Shown here: piece by piece, positions 24,471 to 34,914 of the stretch
Layout: every line of letters begins with the position of its first letter
How positions within the stretch are numbered: the first letter of the stretch is position 1
Virus record (IMG/VR): IMGVR_UViG_3300047282_000302
Span: 1-38,629 of that record
DNA length: 38,629 nucleotides
Direction: 5' to 3' (one strand)
Origin: a virus
Taxonomy: Duplodnaviria; Caudoviricetes
Notes under the pieces: model-generated
Told to the model about the DNA's origin: nothing
Databases searched by the model: none
The model's input: only the letters and a program-made list of their open reading frames with translations
Translations under genes and position numbers: made by a program

Positions 24471-26255
24471 TTATATTGTTTTTAGCCTATCCAAATAGTT
24501 GTTAATGTCTTCTATTTGACTAGGTTTATAGTGTATCACATTCTCTGGTAGGCTGTCAACTTTGCGTGGCCTATCCCTAAAAGTATGAACCTCAACTTCA
24601 AGGTTTTGATCTCTTGGTGTATGTGATATTGCACCAAAAATAGCACCGCATACTGCGTCTGCTAAATCTTTAGATTTTTTACGTGGGTGATCTACCTTAT
24701 CATTTTTCATAATTTTTAACTCAGTTAACTCTTCAAATAACAGATCTATTGCTGGCATAACCAGTCTCTCCTCATACACAAGCATAGCCATATCTTCGTA
24801 ATGTTTCTTTGCTACTGATACAGTTTCAGTTCTCATACCTACTGCCCGCAGTTCATTTTGAATATCAAATGACTGCCAACGGTCAAAAGAGACCATTCCT
24901 ATATTAAAGCCAATTCTTCTAAGATTTTGTATCCATTGTTTAACCTCAGATAGGTTTACTGGGCCTTCTACCTTTGGCTCCCACCAAGCAACCGCATCTA
25001 CAATTACTATTGGAGATATTTGCTGATAGTCTTTTATTACTTGAACATTAACCCATTTATCTACATGTGCAATTGCTACGGCGCACTTATCATGTTTTTG
25101 TGCAAGGTCTGCATGTATATAATATGTTTTTTCTGGATCTGGCTTAAAGTTTTCTTCAAATCTTTTAAAGGCATCTAGAGGATTTCTAGAACTCATACAA
25201 TTTTTAACCTTTTCTGTTTGCTTAAAGAATGCGTCAGATGCGTATGTTGGAATACAGGCAAATCTTTGCATTGCATCTCCAAGGTCAGTAATAAAAGCAA
25301 TTTTAAAATCATCAATTTTTCTAGTTGGGTTTACATCCCATGTTGGTCTTTTAAGTGCAAATACACCTGGATATCTATAAGATTTTATATGATCTTCATC
25401 CCAATTAATTTCTAGTTGGTTGCTTGGATCATTCTCATCTAGTAATGGGTCAATAATAAACTTATGCGCTTTGTGTATTACTTCTTTTTCTACAACTACA
25501 TCATCATATCTTTTAGAGATAAAGTCTCCCTGATATCTTGGGAATGAAAGAAGAACAACTTTACCAAGGTCAGGAAAACGAGAGTCTACAGAAGCACGGA
25601 ATGCTTTATAAATGTTATCAGCAGTTTTACCCTGATCATTTCCTGTTCCAATCTCTTGTGCAAAACCAGAAATCTCATCTAGAACAGCCATCATAAGATT
25701 TAAACCCTCATGTGATTCTCTTTCTGAGTGACCAGAATAAACTGTTATAGACTTATCAAATTCAATTGAGTCTGCCTTTGCATTAAACTTTCCAGCAAAC
25801 CATGGAGACTTTTCAATCTTTGTTTTAAATCCTTTGAAGAAAACGTTCTTAGCCTGTTGAGCGTTAATAGCAACGTTAATAATATCTATAGCGTCTCCAG
25901 GTGGCTTTCCGAAGTATCTTGCAGGGTCTTTAAGACAAAGTAGTTTGTAAACAACATAAGCACAAGCAACAGTGGAAGTATGATCCTTGCCACTACCTTT
26001 ACCAAGTTGTAGTATGATTTCGTTTTTAGTATATTTGTCATAATGTTTTTCGCCTTCTGCTTCTCCCATCAAATCTTTTAGTTCTTCTTTTTTATAAATC
26101 TGGCTCATTGCCTCTACTATGTCGTATTGTATTTCAGATAGTTTTGGCTGCCCCAAAAAATCTGGGGACTCAACAAATGTCTTTACATCTACTGGCTTTT
26201 CTGCAAAATGATCATCTTTAAGTGCTTCTAAAAAATCATCAAACATCATGGACAA
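24471..26255 (-). CDS. Terminase large subunit
   Basis: Walker A 'GKGSGKD', Walker B 'AVLDE', RNase H-like 'IHADLA..SFDRW..KDLADA'; exact start uncertain (26255/26249/26246). Confidence 0.9.
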   Translation of the reverse strand: MSMMFDDFLEALKDDHFAEKPVDVKTFVESPDFLGQPKLSEIQYDIVEAMSQIYKKEELKDLMGEAEGEKHYDKYTKNEIILQLGKGSGKDHTSTVACAYVVYKLLCLKDPARYFGKPPGDAIDIINVAINAQQAKNVFFKGFKTKIEKSPWFAGKFNAKADSIEFDKSITVYSGHSERESHEGLNLMMAVLDEISGFAQEIGTGNDQGKTADNIYKAFRASVDSRFPDLGKVVLLSFPRYQGDFISKRYDDVVVEKEVIHKAHKFIIDPLLDENDPSNQLEINWDEDHIKSYRYPGVFALKRPTWDVNPTRKIDDFKIAFITDLGDAMQRFACIPTYASDAFFKQTEKVKNCMSSRNPLDAFKRFEENFKPDPEKTYYIHADLAQKHDKCAVAIAHVDKWVNVQVIKDYQQISPIVIVDAVAWWEPKVEGPVNLSEVKQWIQNLRRIGFNIGMVSFDRWQSFDIQNELRAVGMRTETVSVAKKHYEDMAMLVYEERLVMPAIDLLFEELTELKIMKNDKVDHPRKKSKDLADAVCGAIFGAISHTPRDQNLEVEVHTFRDRPRKVDSLPENVIHYKPSQIEDINNYLDRLKTI

Positions 26256-26775
26256 TTGTTATTACCTCATTGTCTCTTGCAATATCGGAAAGTCTTCTCA
26301 TAATCTCATCACGAATTTGTGGATATTCAGATGCTATGTCCCTTAAAATTCCCATAAGAACTTCTTGTCTGCGCTCTATCTGAACCATTTCTTCTGCTAA
26401 TTCTTTATTTTCTAAAAGACCTGCTTTTTGTAGCATATCAATTCTTTTTGACTCAATGTCCATTACAAGTTTAATTGCTTGCGTTTTAGCACTAAGGTTA
26501 TTTGTCATACTTGCTTCATCAATAACTTCGTATGATTTTGATATTAGTTTGCTGTAATGCGTATCTGCTGCTGCTAATGCCTCTTTTGCACGAGCACGAA
26601 TTGCATCATTAGCAGAAGCCATTACCTTCCACTCATTAATATAATTTACTACAGTTTGTCGTGGAATAGCAAGTTCTTTAGATATTTTGGTTGGATCATT
26701 ACCTTTTAGATATTCTCCTACAACCACATTGACCTGATCTAAATGTTTAACTAAATCTTCTTCAGGGCTTGTCAT
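26239..26775 (-). CDS. Putative terminase small subunit (HTH plus helical)
   Basis: N-terminal HTH 'ISKELAIPRQTV', directly upstream of TerL. Confidence 0.6.
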   Translation of the reverse strand: MTSPEEDLVKHLDQVNVVVGEYLKGNDPTKISKELAIPRQTVVNYINEWKVMASANDAIRARAKEALAAADTHYSKLISKSYEVIDEASMTNNLSAKTQAIKLVMDIESKRIDMLQKAGLLENKELAEEMVQIERRQEVLMGILRDIASEYPQIRDEIMRRLSDIARDNEVITIVHDV

Positions 26776-27007
26776 AGTGTCCTTCTAATCTTTTAATTTC
26801 ATCCTGTATGTAGAATATTGCTTTCTTTAAATCCTCTATATGTGTAGACTCATTTTTTAATCCTGCTCTCCACAAATATTTAAAAGCATTTCCAATGTTA
26901 AAATTTCTATGGCGAGTAATTTGTATGCACTCGATGCCAGAGGGATCACTAGTATAATGCTCAGGATGATTTACCTGGTCTACCGTAATATTAAACTTTT
27001 CTGTCAT
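26762..27007 (-). CDS. DUF3310 family protein
   Basis: 'VNHPEHY..GIECI..GNAFKYLWRAG.K..EDLKKAIFYI'. Confidence 0.88.
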   Translation of the reverse strand: MTEKFNITVDQVNHPEHYTSDPSGIECIQITRHRNFNIGNAFKYLWRAGLKNESTHIEDLKKAIFYIQDEIKRLEGHYDKP

Positions 27008-27159
27008 CGCTTACTCTTTCTTAGCCCAAACTTAGCAAGATAAACATAGATTGTCTCTACGCTTGCCCCACATTCTTTTGCTATTTCTTGAGGAGACTTT
27101 TTGTCCATAAGATATCTCTTACGAAGCCAAGTTTCACTTGTATATAGTTTAGCACCCAT
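27004..27159 (-). CDS. Small HTH DNA-binding protein
   Basis: Start MGAKLY at 27159; 'SPQEIAKECGASVETIY..L.KFGL'. Confidence 0.7.
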   Translation of the reverse strand: MGAKLYTSETWLRKRYLMDKKSPQEIAKECGASVETIYVYLAKFGLRKSKR

Positions 27160-27174
27160 GACCCTATTTGTCAA
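27146..27174 (-). promoter_or_regulatory. Internal promoter upstream of the DUF3310-terminase genes
   Basis: TTGACA-17 bp-TAAACT with TG extension. Confidence 0.55.
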
Positions 27175-27742
27175 CCCCCACTGCCTTATCCCAATTATGC
27201 AGGGCCCAATGACCAATACCACAAGCATCTGCGATATCGTTATCCTCCAGATTCCTGTCATAGTTTACATTAATAAACTTAATAGTTCTTTGTTTTCTAA
27301 TACCACGCTCATACCCCTTATACCAGGAAACAGATTTGTTGGGATTTTGACTTCTAATAAGTAGTTGCTCGTCCTTTGTTAACTTTTTATTACCAATAAA
27401 GTTTTGCCAAGTTATTGGAGAAACCTTTCCTATAACTGTTGTTCCAGATTGACCAGCAGCACCCAAAATCGCACCCTGAACCAGTGCAAGATCTGCAGCA
27501 GTTTTGGGGCTATTCATAAAGACTGTATGCTCAATCACAATGCCTTCAAAACCACCATAATAGTCGAGGAAGGCTTTTGTTTTTTTCCCAGCATCCATGA
27601 CCTTTTCATAAATACTTTTTCCTTCAAAGTTAATCTTTCCTACGGCATTTAAAGTTTTTTGTTCTGTATTAAACAAGGCAAAAGCAAGACTGGTTGTACT
27701 AGCATCAATAGCACAAATAATTTTTGGATTATCTCTTTTCAT
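27164..27742 (-). CDS. RuvC-like Holliday junction resolvase
   Basis: 'AIDASTTSLAF..VIEH..LALVQGAI..DIADACGIG'. Confidence 0.8.
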   Translation of the reverse strand: MKRDNPKIICAIDASTTSLAFALFNTEQKTLNAVGKINFEGKSIYEKVMDAGKKTKAFLDYYGGFEGIVIEHTVFMNSPKTAADLALVQGAILGAAGQSGTTVIGKVSPITWQNFIGNKKLTKDEQLLIRSQNPNKSVSWYKGYERGIRKQRTIKFINVNYDRNLEDNDIADACGIGHWALHNWDKAVGVDK

Positions 27743-28013
27743 TCATCCTGCCCTTTATGTCTTTTAGTGCTTTGTCAACATCTTTAGGATTAACCTGACA
27801 AAGTCCACAGAGTGTGTCATCATTATATATTGATAACACCTGCTTACAAGACTTACACCGCCTATCCTTACCTTTTCTTTTTTGTCTTCTTGTAATCATA
27901 TACCTTGTGGCAATTTTTTGTTTTGTTGCCTCATCTCTACATTCAATAGAGCAGTATATTTGGTAAGATATATTTGATTTAAATTCTTGGTCGCACCAAC
28001 TACAATGCTTCAT
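27729..28013 (-). CDS. Zinc-binding hypothetical protein
   Basis: Multiple CxxC motifs. Confidence 0.7.
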   Translation of the reverse strand: MKHCSWCDQEFKSNISYQIYCSIECRDEATKQKIATRYMITRRQKRKGKDRRCKSCKQVLSIYNDDTLCGLCQVNPKDVDKALKDIKGRMNEKR

Positions 28014-28860
28014 CTTCTAGCAACTCCAGAGGTTTAATTTTAATTACCCCTGTCTCTGCTTCAGCACATGCTTTTTGAATTGGACACGCTTTACAAATTT
28101 TAGAATTTGATCTATACGTTTTTTGTGGAATAGTTCGGTCTACCCAAGCCTTTCTCACAGTTCTCATCCAATCAAAAGCCTGGTCTACCCACCGACGGTA
28201 ATGATCGCTTACTACTACGGGCAAAGTTAATAACTCATGATTATTTTTATTTTCATAAATTAAAACACCTTTGTCCATCTTTTTTATTTTCATATATATA
28301 AGAAGTTGCATCAAATGTCCAGTCTTTGGCTTCTTGCTTGCCTTCTTATATTCAAACCCTTCATTAGGCATTGTTTTTATTTCGCCTAAAATCTTATTAT
28401 CATTATAAGCAAGCATGACATCCCCATATCCAGAAATTGGTGGATCATCATACGTTATTTTAAATTCCATTGCTGGATGCTTTTGCTTTTTATATTTACT
28501 TGGTTCTGCATCAAACTCCATTGTTTCGTCGAGTATTCCTGCATCCATTATTGCATCTTGAATTCTGTCATGACTTAGCGTTCCAGAAGTTCTATTTGCT
28601 ACACCATATGCGTCAGCATTATCAAACCAGTTAGCGCCATCAAATGCCAAGTACCAAAATCTAGGACATTCTCCAGCACCATAAGTTAGGGTAGATGGGC
28701 TAAAAGATTGCTTTTTTGTAAATTTTGGTTTTAGTTTTATAGTATAACCAGATTGTATTTTTTCAATCAATCCGTCAATAAAAGAAGTATCTTGTGCTGA
28801 AACAGCATCTTTCTTTTTTGACTCTTTAAGCATAACTTGCTTCATTAAATTTTTTGTCAT
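28000..28860 (-). CDS. Cas4-like PD-(D/E)XK exonuclease
   Basis: 'FSPS..ECPR..G.GD..EIKT..QLLIY..CKACPIQKAC' with split Fe-S cysteines; TGGTATAAT promoter at 28882-28890. Confidence 0.82.
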   Translation of the reverse strand: MTKNLMKQVMLKESKKKDAVSAQDTSFIDGLIEKIQSGYTIKLKPKFTKKQSFSPSTLTYGAGECPRFWYLAFDGANWFDNADAYGVANRTSGTLSHDRIQDAIMDAGILDETMEFDAEPSKYKKQKHPAMEFKITYDDPPISGYGDVMLAYNDNKILGEIKTMPNEGFEYKKASKKPKTGHLMQLLIYMKIKKMDKGVLIYENKNNHELLTLPVVVSDHYRRWVDQAFDWMRTVRKAWVDRTIPQKTYRSNSKICKACPIQKACAEAETGVIKIKPLELLEDEAL

Positions 28861-28894
28861 AAAGTTCCCTTGTTTTATATAATTATACCACTAG

Positions 28895-29200
28895 TCATCT
28901 TGTGATATATTTGAGAGCAGAGACAAGGTTATTTATAGATTCTGCTGCAGTGTAATAAATATTTTTCTTTCCCCTGTCTGACTTATCCACATTAGCCATC
29001 CACGTTGCTTTAAATGCCATCTTTGCTGCAATAGCCTGTAGTCTAACTATCTCTAGTGTAGCCACATTCATGGGAATATCAGGCTTGATTATTACCTTGG
29101 CAATAAATGTTAGTGCTGTATTAAGGTCTTCATCCTGCATATATTCTGCTATTTCTGATAATCCATTAATCATTTCTATTGTTGTTTTATTCTGTTCCAT
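28895..29200 (-). CDS. Hypothetical helical protein
   Basis: Coupled ORF in the recombination operon. Confidence 0.65.
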   Translation of the reverse strand: MEQNKTTIEMINGLSEIAEYMQDEDLNTALTFIAKVIIKPDIPMNVATLEIVRLQAIAAKMAFKATWMANVDKSDRGKKNIYYTAAESINNLVSALKYITR

Positions 29201-29477
29201 TGTTCACCATCTGTTCTAGTAGTTCTAACTCTATTATAGCAAGTCTTGTCTTCTTGTTTCCCTCGCCAAGGATCACGACTATGGCTGGATCGCTATTATT
29301 TCTTATAGCATCTGTCGTAGCCTTAGCCCAAACATCTTGGTTTAAGGTAAATGACTTTGAGTTTTCCTTAAAGTCAACAGTAAAGTTTGCCCAAGTGGCA
29401 TCGCCCTTTTTATTATTTCTACCAGAATTTTTATGCTGCTTGGCGCCAATTCTTTTACTCTCGCTCTTCTCGCTCAT
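29187..29477 (-). CDS. Hjc-like PD-(D/E)XK nuclease/resolvase
   Basis: Start MSEKSE at 29477; 'E..NSG...KGD..VDFK..SFTL..W.K'. Confidence 0.65.
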   Translation of the reverse strand: MSEKSESKRIGAKQHKNSGRNNKKGDATWANFTVDFKENSKSFTLNQDVWAKATTDAIRNNSDPAIVVILGEGNKKTRLAIIELELLEQMVNNGTE

Positions 29478-29646
29478 AATCTCTCTTTTTCTTATATCCC
29501 ACATGACATATCTGAACTTCAGACAAATGCTTTTGGGAGCACATCCAAGATGACATTCCAGTGTCTTTATAAAATCTAATTTTTTTAACTTCTTCTCTGC
29601 AGGTTTTGCAAGGAAATTTACCATCATATATGGTATATTTATTCAC
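29455..29646 (-). CDS. Zinc-ribbon hypothetical protein
   Basis: CKTC...CSQKH. Confidence 0.6.
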   Translation of the reverse strand: MNKYTIYDGKFPCKTCREEVKKIRFYKDTGMSSWMCSQKHLSEVQICHVGYKKKRDYEREERE

Positions 29647-30652
29647 TAACTTTGCCCTTAATCATATCTTGTAGATCAAGATCCTCTCTGACTCTGTTAA
29701 TAAAACCTTCTCTTCCCTGTACTTTTGTTCCATCTGGGAGAACATACCATGCACCAGTTCTTTCAACAATACCCATTAATTCTGCGGTATCAACAAGATC
29801 ACCAATAGTATCAACACCAACGTTATCGCCTCTAAAATAAAAATCATATTCGCCACTTTGGAAAGCAGGAGATGTTTTAGAAAACTGTAACTCCCAACGA
29901 ACCTTTCTACCAATTTTTTCTTCAATGAGTTTATCTCCGACATTTATCTTTCCCTTAATTGCTTGGTTATCTGATTCTGACGAAAATAACTTAATAACTG
30001 TAGAGGAATAAAACTTAGTAGCCTGACCACCAGTAGGCTGCTGACTAGTATACATAGCACTAATATTATTACGAGACTGGCTAATAAGGACAAGAAGAGT
30101 AGGCTTAACTTTATTGTTAGCATAGTTAAGCATTTTCCATGCATTGCTAAAGTCTCTAGATTCTGCTCCAATTTGTTTTGTATTTTCAAGTTGTTTGAGT
30201 TCATCAGAATCCTTTTCAAAATAAATTGCTGGAAGAAGAGAAGTAATTGAGTCCACTACAATTAAATCTACTCCTGCCTCCATCAATTGTACACCCACAT
30301 CTACCATTTCATTAATTGTTCTTGTTTGTGTAACTATTAGTTTTGATGTATCAACTCCAAGTCTAGTAGCCCACTCTTTATCGTATGACATTTCTGCGTC
30401 TATCCAAGCACAAATCTTTCCTTCTTTTTGTGCCTCTGCAATCATTTGTAGACATAGAGACGACTTTGCAGATGACTTAGATCCCCAAATAAGAACTTGT
30501 CTTCCATATGGCAGTCCACCATTTAGTGCCCTGTTTAACCCAAAACTAGGTGTTGATGCATATTGTGTTTCTGGTACTGTATCTCCAATCATTACGCCTT
30601 TTCGTAATTTTGGATTAAGTTGTGCCAATACATCTTCTACCGTTACTGTCAT
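29639..30652 (-). CDS. recA: RecA-like recombinase
   Basis: 'GGLPYGR..GSKSSAKS..WIDAE..LIVVDSI..PTGGQATKFYSS..GAWY'. Confidence 0.93.
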   Translation of the reverse strand: MTVTVEDVLAQLNPKLRKGVMIGDTVPETQYASTPSFGLNRALNGGLPYGRQVLIWGSKSSAKSSLCLQMIAEAQKEGKICAWIDAEMSYDKEWATRLGVDTSKLIVTQTRTINEMVDVGVQLMEAGVDLIVVDSITSLLPAIYFEKDSDELKQLENTKQIGAESRDFSNAWKMLNYANNKVKPTLLVLISQSRNNISAMYTSQQPTGGQATKFYSSTVIKLFSSESDNQAIKGKINVGDKLIEEKIGRKVRWELQFSKTSPAFQSGEYDFYFRGDNVGVDTIGDLVDTAELMGIVERTGAWYVLPDGTKVQGREGFINRVREDLDLQDMIKGKVSE

Positions 30653-30969
30653 TAGAATCTTACTCCGTGCTTCTTTGGTCTGTGTGTATTTCTTTCCATC
30701 TTTTCTTTAATAGCATAGTCAAGAGATTTTTTAACATACCCTGCTTCTACCATGCCTGCGTATAAATCAAGAGTGCGAATAATAATGTCTGCAAATTCAT
30801 CTGATATTTGATCTGGATCCATTTCTTTACGAACAGCCTCCATAGCCTCTGATACCTCTGAAACAATCATCATCATTTGTTTTGCTACAAAAATAGGGTC
30901 TGCTGTTCTATCCCAAAATCCTTTTTCTATAGCATTATTATGTACTTGTTCTGCTAAATCGTCAAGCAT
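30652..30969 (-). CDS. MazG-like NTP pyrophosphohydrolase
   Basis: 'SEVSEAMEA..DEFADIIIR.LD..KMERN.RP.KHG'. Confidence 0.85.
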   Translation of the reverse strand: MLDDLAEQVHNNAIEKGFWDRTADPIFVAKQMMMIVSEVSEAMEAVRKEMDPDQISDEFADIIIRTLDLYAGMVEAGYVKKSLDYAIKEKMERNTHRPKKHGVRF

Positions 30970-33900
30970 TTATATCCTCCAATATTACTGTACCGTCTTT
31001 GGTTTTACCAAAACTAAATTTATATGCACTACCCTCTTCTATTTTCATATAGGCTTTTGCAAATGCAGTTGGAAATACTGTAACAGAATGAAGATCTCTT
31101 GATGAATCTGCAAGAGTCAGGGATGCCATTTTTTTACCAGCCTTTGTTACTCTAGGTTTAAATGATACCACAAACATCTCATCATCTTTATATGGCAACA
31201 TCTTATAATTTAAAAATTTTACTAGCGCACTATCAGAGCCCTTTATTGAATCAACTGGAACTGCTGACAAAATTCTATTGTCATTTGCTAAAACTATATA
31301 AGTATTTCCTGCCTCAATAGTTGTGTTTTCATCATCAAATATACCAACACTACCAGTTTTATCTAATAACTCAATGCGTGACCATCCCTTAGATCTCTTT
31401 ATATTCTTAACCATACCCATTAAAATAAAAGATCCCTTTTCTTCATAATCTTCTGCTGGAGTTATAAAAGCATGATAATGTGATGGCACCGTCATATTAA
31501 ATTCTGGAAGATTTAAGTACTCGTATAAATTATTCTTAATCTCTTCATCATTTCTTGGATTATCATTAAATGTTGCAGCACCAATAATTCTTAATGCCTG
31601 CAATGCACGACTATTTACTCCGTTACCTTTTGTGAAAGTAAACTCCTCAAGTTCTTTGTAAGACTTAAAAGGTCGTGCCGATATATATCGTTCTGCAATC
31701 TTATCAGAGATAAACTTAATCGCCGAGAGTCCAAATCGAATACCCTTGCCCTCAATTTTAAAATCAATATCCGAATCGTTAATATGAGGTAGTTTAATGC
31801 TAATCCCCATTCTTTTCGCTTCAATAAGATATTCAGTTCGTGCATCTTTGTCCTTTTCATTTTTTAATAGTGAGTACATAAATTCTAGCGGATAATGGTA
31901 CTTTAGCCATGCTGTCCAGTATGAAAGTGTGGAGTAGGCAACGGCGTGGGATTTATTAAAAGAGTATCCTGCATGCGCCTCAAAGTCATGCCAAAGGTCA
32001 CGAGCATTATTAGGAGTAATAAAGCGAGAAGCACCTTCGACGAATTTATCTTTAAAAATATCAAACTCTTTTGCATCCTTCTTCTTTCCAATAATCTTTC
32101 TTACTTTATCTGCTTCAGACATAGACATTCCACCTAGTTCAACGCATGCCTGCATAACCTGTTCTTGATAAAGAATACATCCGTAGGTCTCTTCTGTAAA
32201 AGGTTTAAGTACCTGATGCATATAGTCAATATTTTGTCGTCCATGTTTACGATCAATATAATCTTTTCCGATTGTATTCATAGCGCCTGGTCTAACTAAG
32301 GCATTTGAAGCAGCAAGTTCTGCTAAATTTTTTACACCCATTTTGATAAGTAAGTTAGTGTATGGTGTTGCTTCGCATTGAAAAACACCCTTTGTATAGC
32401 CATCTGAAAGCATTTGATATACATTTCTATCATCCATGTCTATTGACAAAAGATCAATCTTTTTTCCGTCTCTTTGCTCAATAATATCTAAGGTATCTTT
32501 AAGAACAGATAAAGTTTTAAGTCCAAGGGCATCGATCTTAATTAAACCAATCTTTTCTGCCTCTTCCATATCGACAGCCACAACTGGAATGCGTTCATCG
32601 CTACCTGGAGAATTTCTTGTTTCCATAGGAGCATACTTAAATATTGGTTCCTTGCTTGTTACAACTCCAGCAGCATGAATGCCTGTTCCACGAATTCTGC
32701 CACGAATCTTTTCTCCATAAATTTCTACCTCTGGATATTTTTCTCTAAACCATTCAGTAGTTTTGGAACTACAAAAATCATCCCAGCCATCTACAAGTTT
32801 TAAGACTTTATTTACATCTGGTAACGGTATATTTAAAACTCGTGCAATATCTCTAACTACACCCTTATCCTTAAATGATAAAAATGTTGCAATAGAAGCA
32901 ACATGCCTGTATTGTCTAACCAAATAATCTTTTACTTCTTCACGCCTTGAGTCCTGAATATCTGTGTCAATATCTGGAAAGTCATTACGTTCAGGGTTGA
33001 TAAATCGAAAGAACAGAAGTCCATGCTTAATTGGATCAATATCTGTAATTCCTAATGCATAGCAAAGAAGTGATCCAGCAGAAGATCCACGACCTGGACC
33101 AACCATAATACCTTCTTTTTTGGCCCATGCAATCATGCTTCTCACAACCAAAAAATACGGTGCAAACTTTTTATCTTTGATTACAGCAAGTTCTTCATCC
33201 ATTCTTTCAAGATATCTAGCATCTTCGTATATACCCTTATCTTTTAATCCAGCAATAGCCAAATCCTCTAACTCTTTGTCTGGATTTTTATATTGAACTG
33301 GAAGAAGGTTTAGACCATCACGAATATCATATTCTTCTATTTTATTATATACATCTATGGTGTTGGAATAAATATCTTCTCTATAAATGCCCTGCTTTTC
33401 CATAGCAGCCTTAATTTCTTCATATGATAAAAGGTGTATTTCAAACTTATTAAAAGACATCTGCCTATCTTCTCCATAAAGATAGTCTAATCTATCCATC
33501 ATATCCTTATGCTTTTTTGACTTTTCATAAGTTGCATCTTTTTGAGTTTTATTGCTATATGTATTTAAAATTAACTTAAACTCTTGAATCTCTTTTTGTG
33601 ATTGATCCACATGGTGACAGTCTGGAGTTACGATTGACTTAATGTTATACTGATCTGCAAGTTCCAGCAGAGTCTTATTAATTTCTGGAGCATTATGTGG
33701 CATAACCTCAATATAATAGTCTTCTGCAAAAACTTTTTTAAACCATTCAATATGTTTTTTTGCTACTGCTAATTCTCCCAATTCAATTGATTTAGCAATT
33801 ATTCCACTGGGGCATGCTGAAGAAACTATAATTCCTTCTGAATATTTTTCAAGTACTTCAAAGTCAATTCTTGGCTTCTTATAATATCCTTCTGTCCAAG

Positions 33901-34240
33901 CAATCTCATTTAACTTATTTAGGTTTTCAAGACCTTTTTGGTTCTTGGCAAGAAGGATAATGTGGTTATAAACCATATCAAGTGGTTCTTTACGATCTTC
34001 TTTGTCTCTACGATCAAATCGATCATCACACATATATCCTTCTATGCCAAGTATAGGCTTTACACCTTTTTCTTTTGCAGCACGATACATCTCTCTGTGG
34101 CCAGAAAGGGAGCCATGGTCTGTAATCGCAATTGCTGGCATACCCAAACTAACTGCACGATCAACATACTCCTGTGGAGTAGCGATACCGTCAAATAGCG
34201 AATAATGGGTATGAACGTGTAAGCCTACGTATTGCATCAA
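30962..34240 (-). CDS. dnaE: DNA polymerase III alpha subunit
   Basis: PHP 'LHVHTHYSLFDG..TDHG', 'GPGRGSSAGSL', 'FPDIDTD', 'HAAGVV', 'YSFNKSHA'. Confidence 0.97.
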   Translation of the reverse strand: MMQYVGLHVHTHYSLFDGIATPQEYVDRAVSLGMPAIAITDHGSLSGHREMYRAAKEKGVKPILGIEGYMCDDRFDRRDKEDRKEPLDMVYNHIILLAKNQKGLENLNKLNEIAWTEGYYKKPRIDFEVLEKYSEGIIVSSACPSGIIAKSIELGELAVAKKHIEWFKKVFAEDYYIEVMPHNAPEINKTLLELADQYNIKSIVTPDCHHVDQSQKEIQEFKLILNTYSNKTQKDATYEKSKKHKDMMDRLDYLYGEDRQMSFNKFEIHLLSYEEIKAAMEKQGIYREDIYSNTIDVYNKIEEYDIRDGLNLLPVQYKNPDKELEDLAIAGLKDKGIYEDARYLERMDEELAVIKDKKFAPYFLVVRSMIAWAKKEGIMVGPGRGSSAGSLLCYALGITDIDPIKHGLLFFRFINPERNDFPDIDTDIQDSRREEVKDYLVRQYRHVASIATFLSFKDKGVVRDIARVLNIPLPDVNKVLKLVDGWDDFCSSKTTEWFREKYPEVEIYGEKIRGRIRGTGIHAAGVVTSKEPIFKYAPMETRNSPGSDERIPVVAVDMEEAEKIGLIKIDALGLKTLSVLKDTLDIIEQRDGKKIDLLSIDMDDRNVYQMLSDGYTKGVFQCEATPYTNLLIKMGVKNLAELAASNALVRPGAMNTIGKDYIDRKHGRQNIDYMHQVLKPFTEETYGCILYQEQVMQACVELGGMSMSEADKVRKIIGKKKDAKEFDIFKDKFVEGASRFITPNNARDLWHDFEAHAGYSFNKSHAVAYSTLSYWTAWLKYHYPLEFMYSLLKNEKDKDARTEYLIEAKRMGISIKLPHINDSDIDFKIEGKGIRFGLSAIKFISDKIAERYISARPFKSYKELEEFTFTKGNGVNSRALQALRIIGAATFNDNPRNDEEIKNNLYEYLNLPEFNMTVPSHYHAFITPAEDYEEKGSFILMGMVKNIKRSKGWSRIELLDKTGSVGIFDDENTTIEAGNTYIVLANDNRILSAVPVDSIKGSDSALVKFLNYKMLPYKDDEMFVVSFKPRVTKAGKKMASLTLADSSRDLHSVTVFPTAFAKAYMKIEEGSAYKFSFGKTKDGTVILEDINA

Positions 34241-34894
34241 TTACCAGTCGATATTTGTCGAGGTAACTGATGGAGTGTCAAATCCAAAGTAGAATGCTTC
34301 CTGCTCTGGATATGGAACTTCACGAACAACCTTTTCTAGGTTGAAGTATTCTTTACCATCCCACTTGAATGGTTCTGAATCTGGCTTTGTTGGAAGTAGA
34401 GTATAGTTTGTTTCTGTACCCTGGCCATTACGCTTTAACTTCCACTCAAGATTTGAGATGCTTCCTGTTTCAAGTGCATACTCACGAATTGTATTAAATG
34501 CTGATTGCTTTGAGATACCCTGTGACCATACAGCAATATATGGTTCTTCCAAGCCATCATCTGCAAGCACATTGCAATAGAATCTAAGACGTGCTCTCCA
34601 TCCGCTCTTTGGCTCTTTACGTGCCATTTCGCATCCGAAGCAACGACCTTCTGTTTCAACTGTGCATGCTGCCTTACGCTTATAATCTTTTGGATTAGTG
34701 TGCTCTGCAACAACTACAGATAGACCACGTGACTCATCATAGTTTGCTGAATCTTGATCTAGTTCTTCCACAAATCTAATCTTTGCGGATTGTCCATCAG
34801 CCAACTTTAGCCAACGAACCTTTTGTGCATTTCCATCATACTTTGGTTTTTCGAGCAGGGCATTTATATCTTTTAATCCCTTAATAACGCTCAT
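34241..34894 (-). CDS. Single-stranded DNA-binding protein (gp32-like)
   Basis: OB fold with Zn ligands, 'KRNGQGTETNY', acidic/aromatic C-terminus; between primase and polymerase; promoter TTGACA-18-TACAAT at 34917-34946. Confidence 0.7.
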   Translation of the reverse strand: MSVIKGLKDINALLEKPKYDGNAQKVRWLKLADGQSAKIRFVEELDQDSANYDESRGLSVVVAEHTNPKDYKRKAACTVETEGRCFGCEMARKEPKSGWRARLRFYCNVLADDGLEEPYIAVWSQGISKQSAFNTIREYALETGSISNLEWKLKRNGQGTETNYTLLPTKPDSEPFKWDGKEYFNLEKVVREVPYPEQEAFYFGFDTPSVTSTNIDW

Positions 34895-34914
34895 AGTTTT
34901 CTCCTTTGTTTTTT

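Noticed and set aside
23453-24505. Plus-strand Ala-rich ORFs (23453-23809, 24101-24505) and GCAGCA quasi-repeats
   Set aside because: Antisense shadows of the Ala-rich minus-strand gene with biased codons; the repeats are coding low complexity.
28000-28860. Cas4-like gene as a sign of a CRISPR-Cas system
   Set aside because: No repeat-spacer array or other cas genes seen; solo Cas4-like nucleases are common in phage recombination modules.
29639-30652. RecA Walker A variant GSKSSAKS as inactivation
   Set aside because: The catalytic Lys-Ser and all other motifs are intact; more likely a lineage variant.
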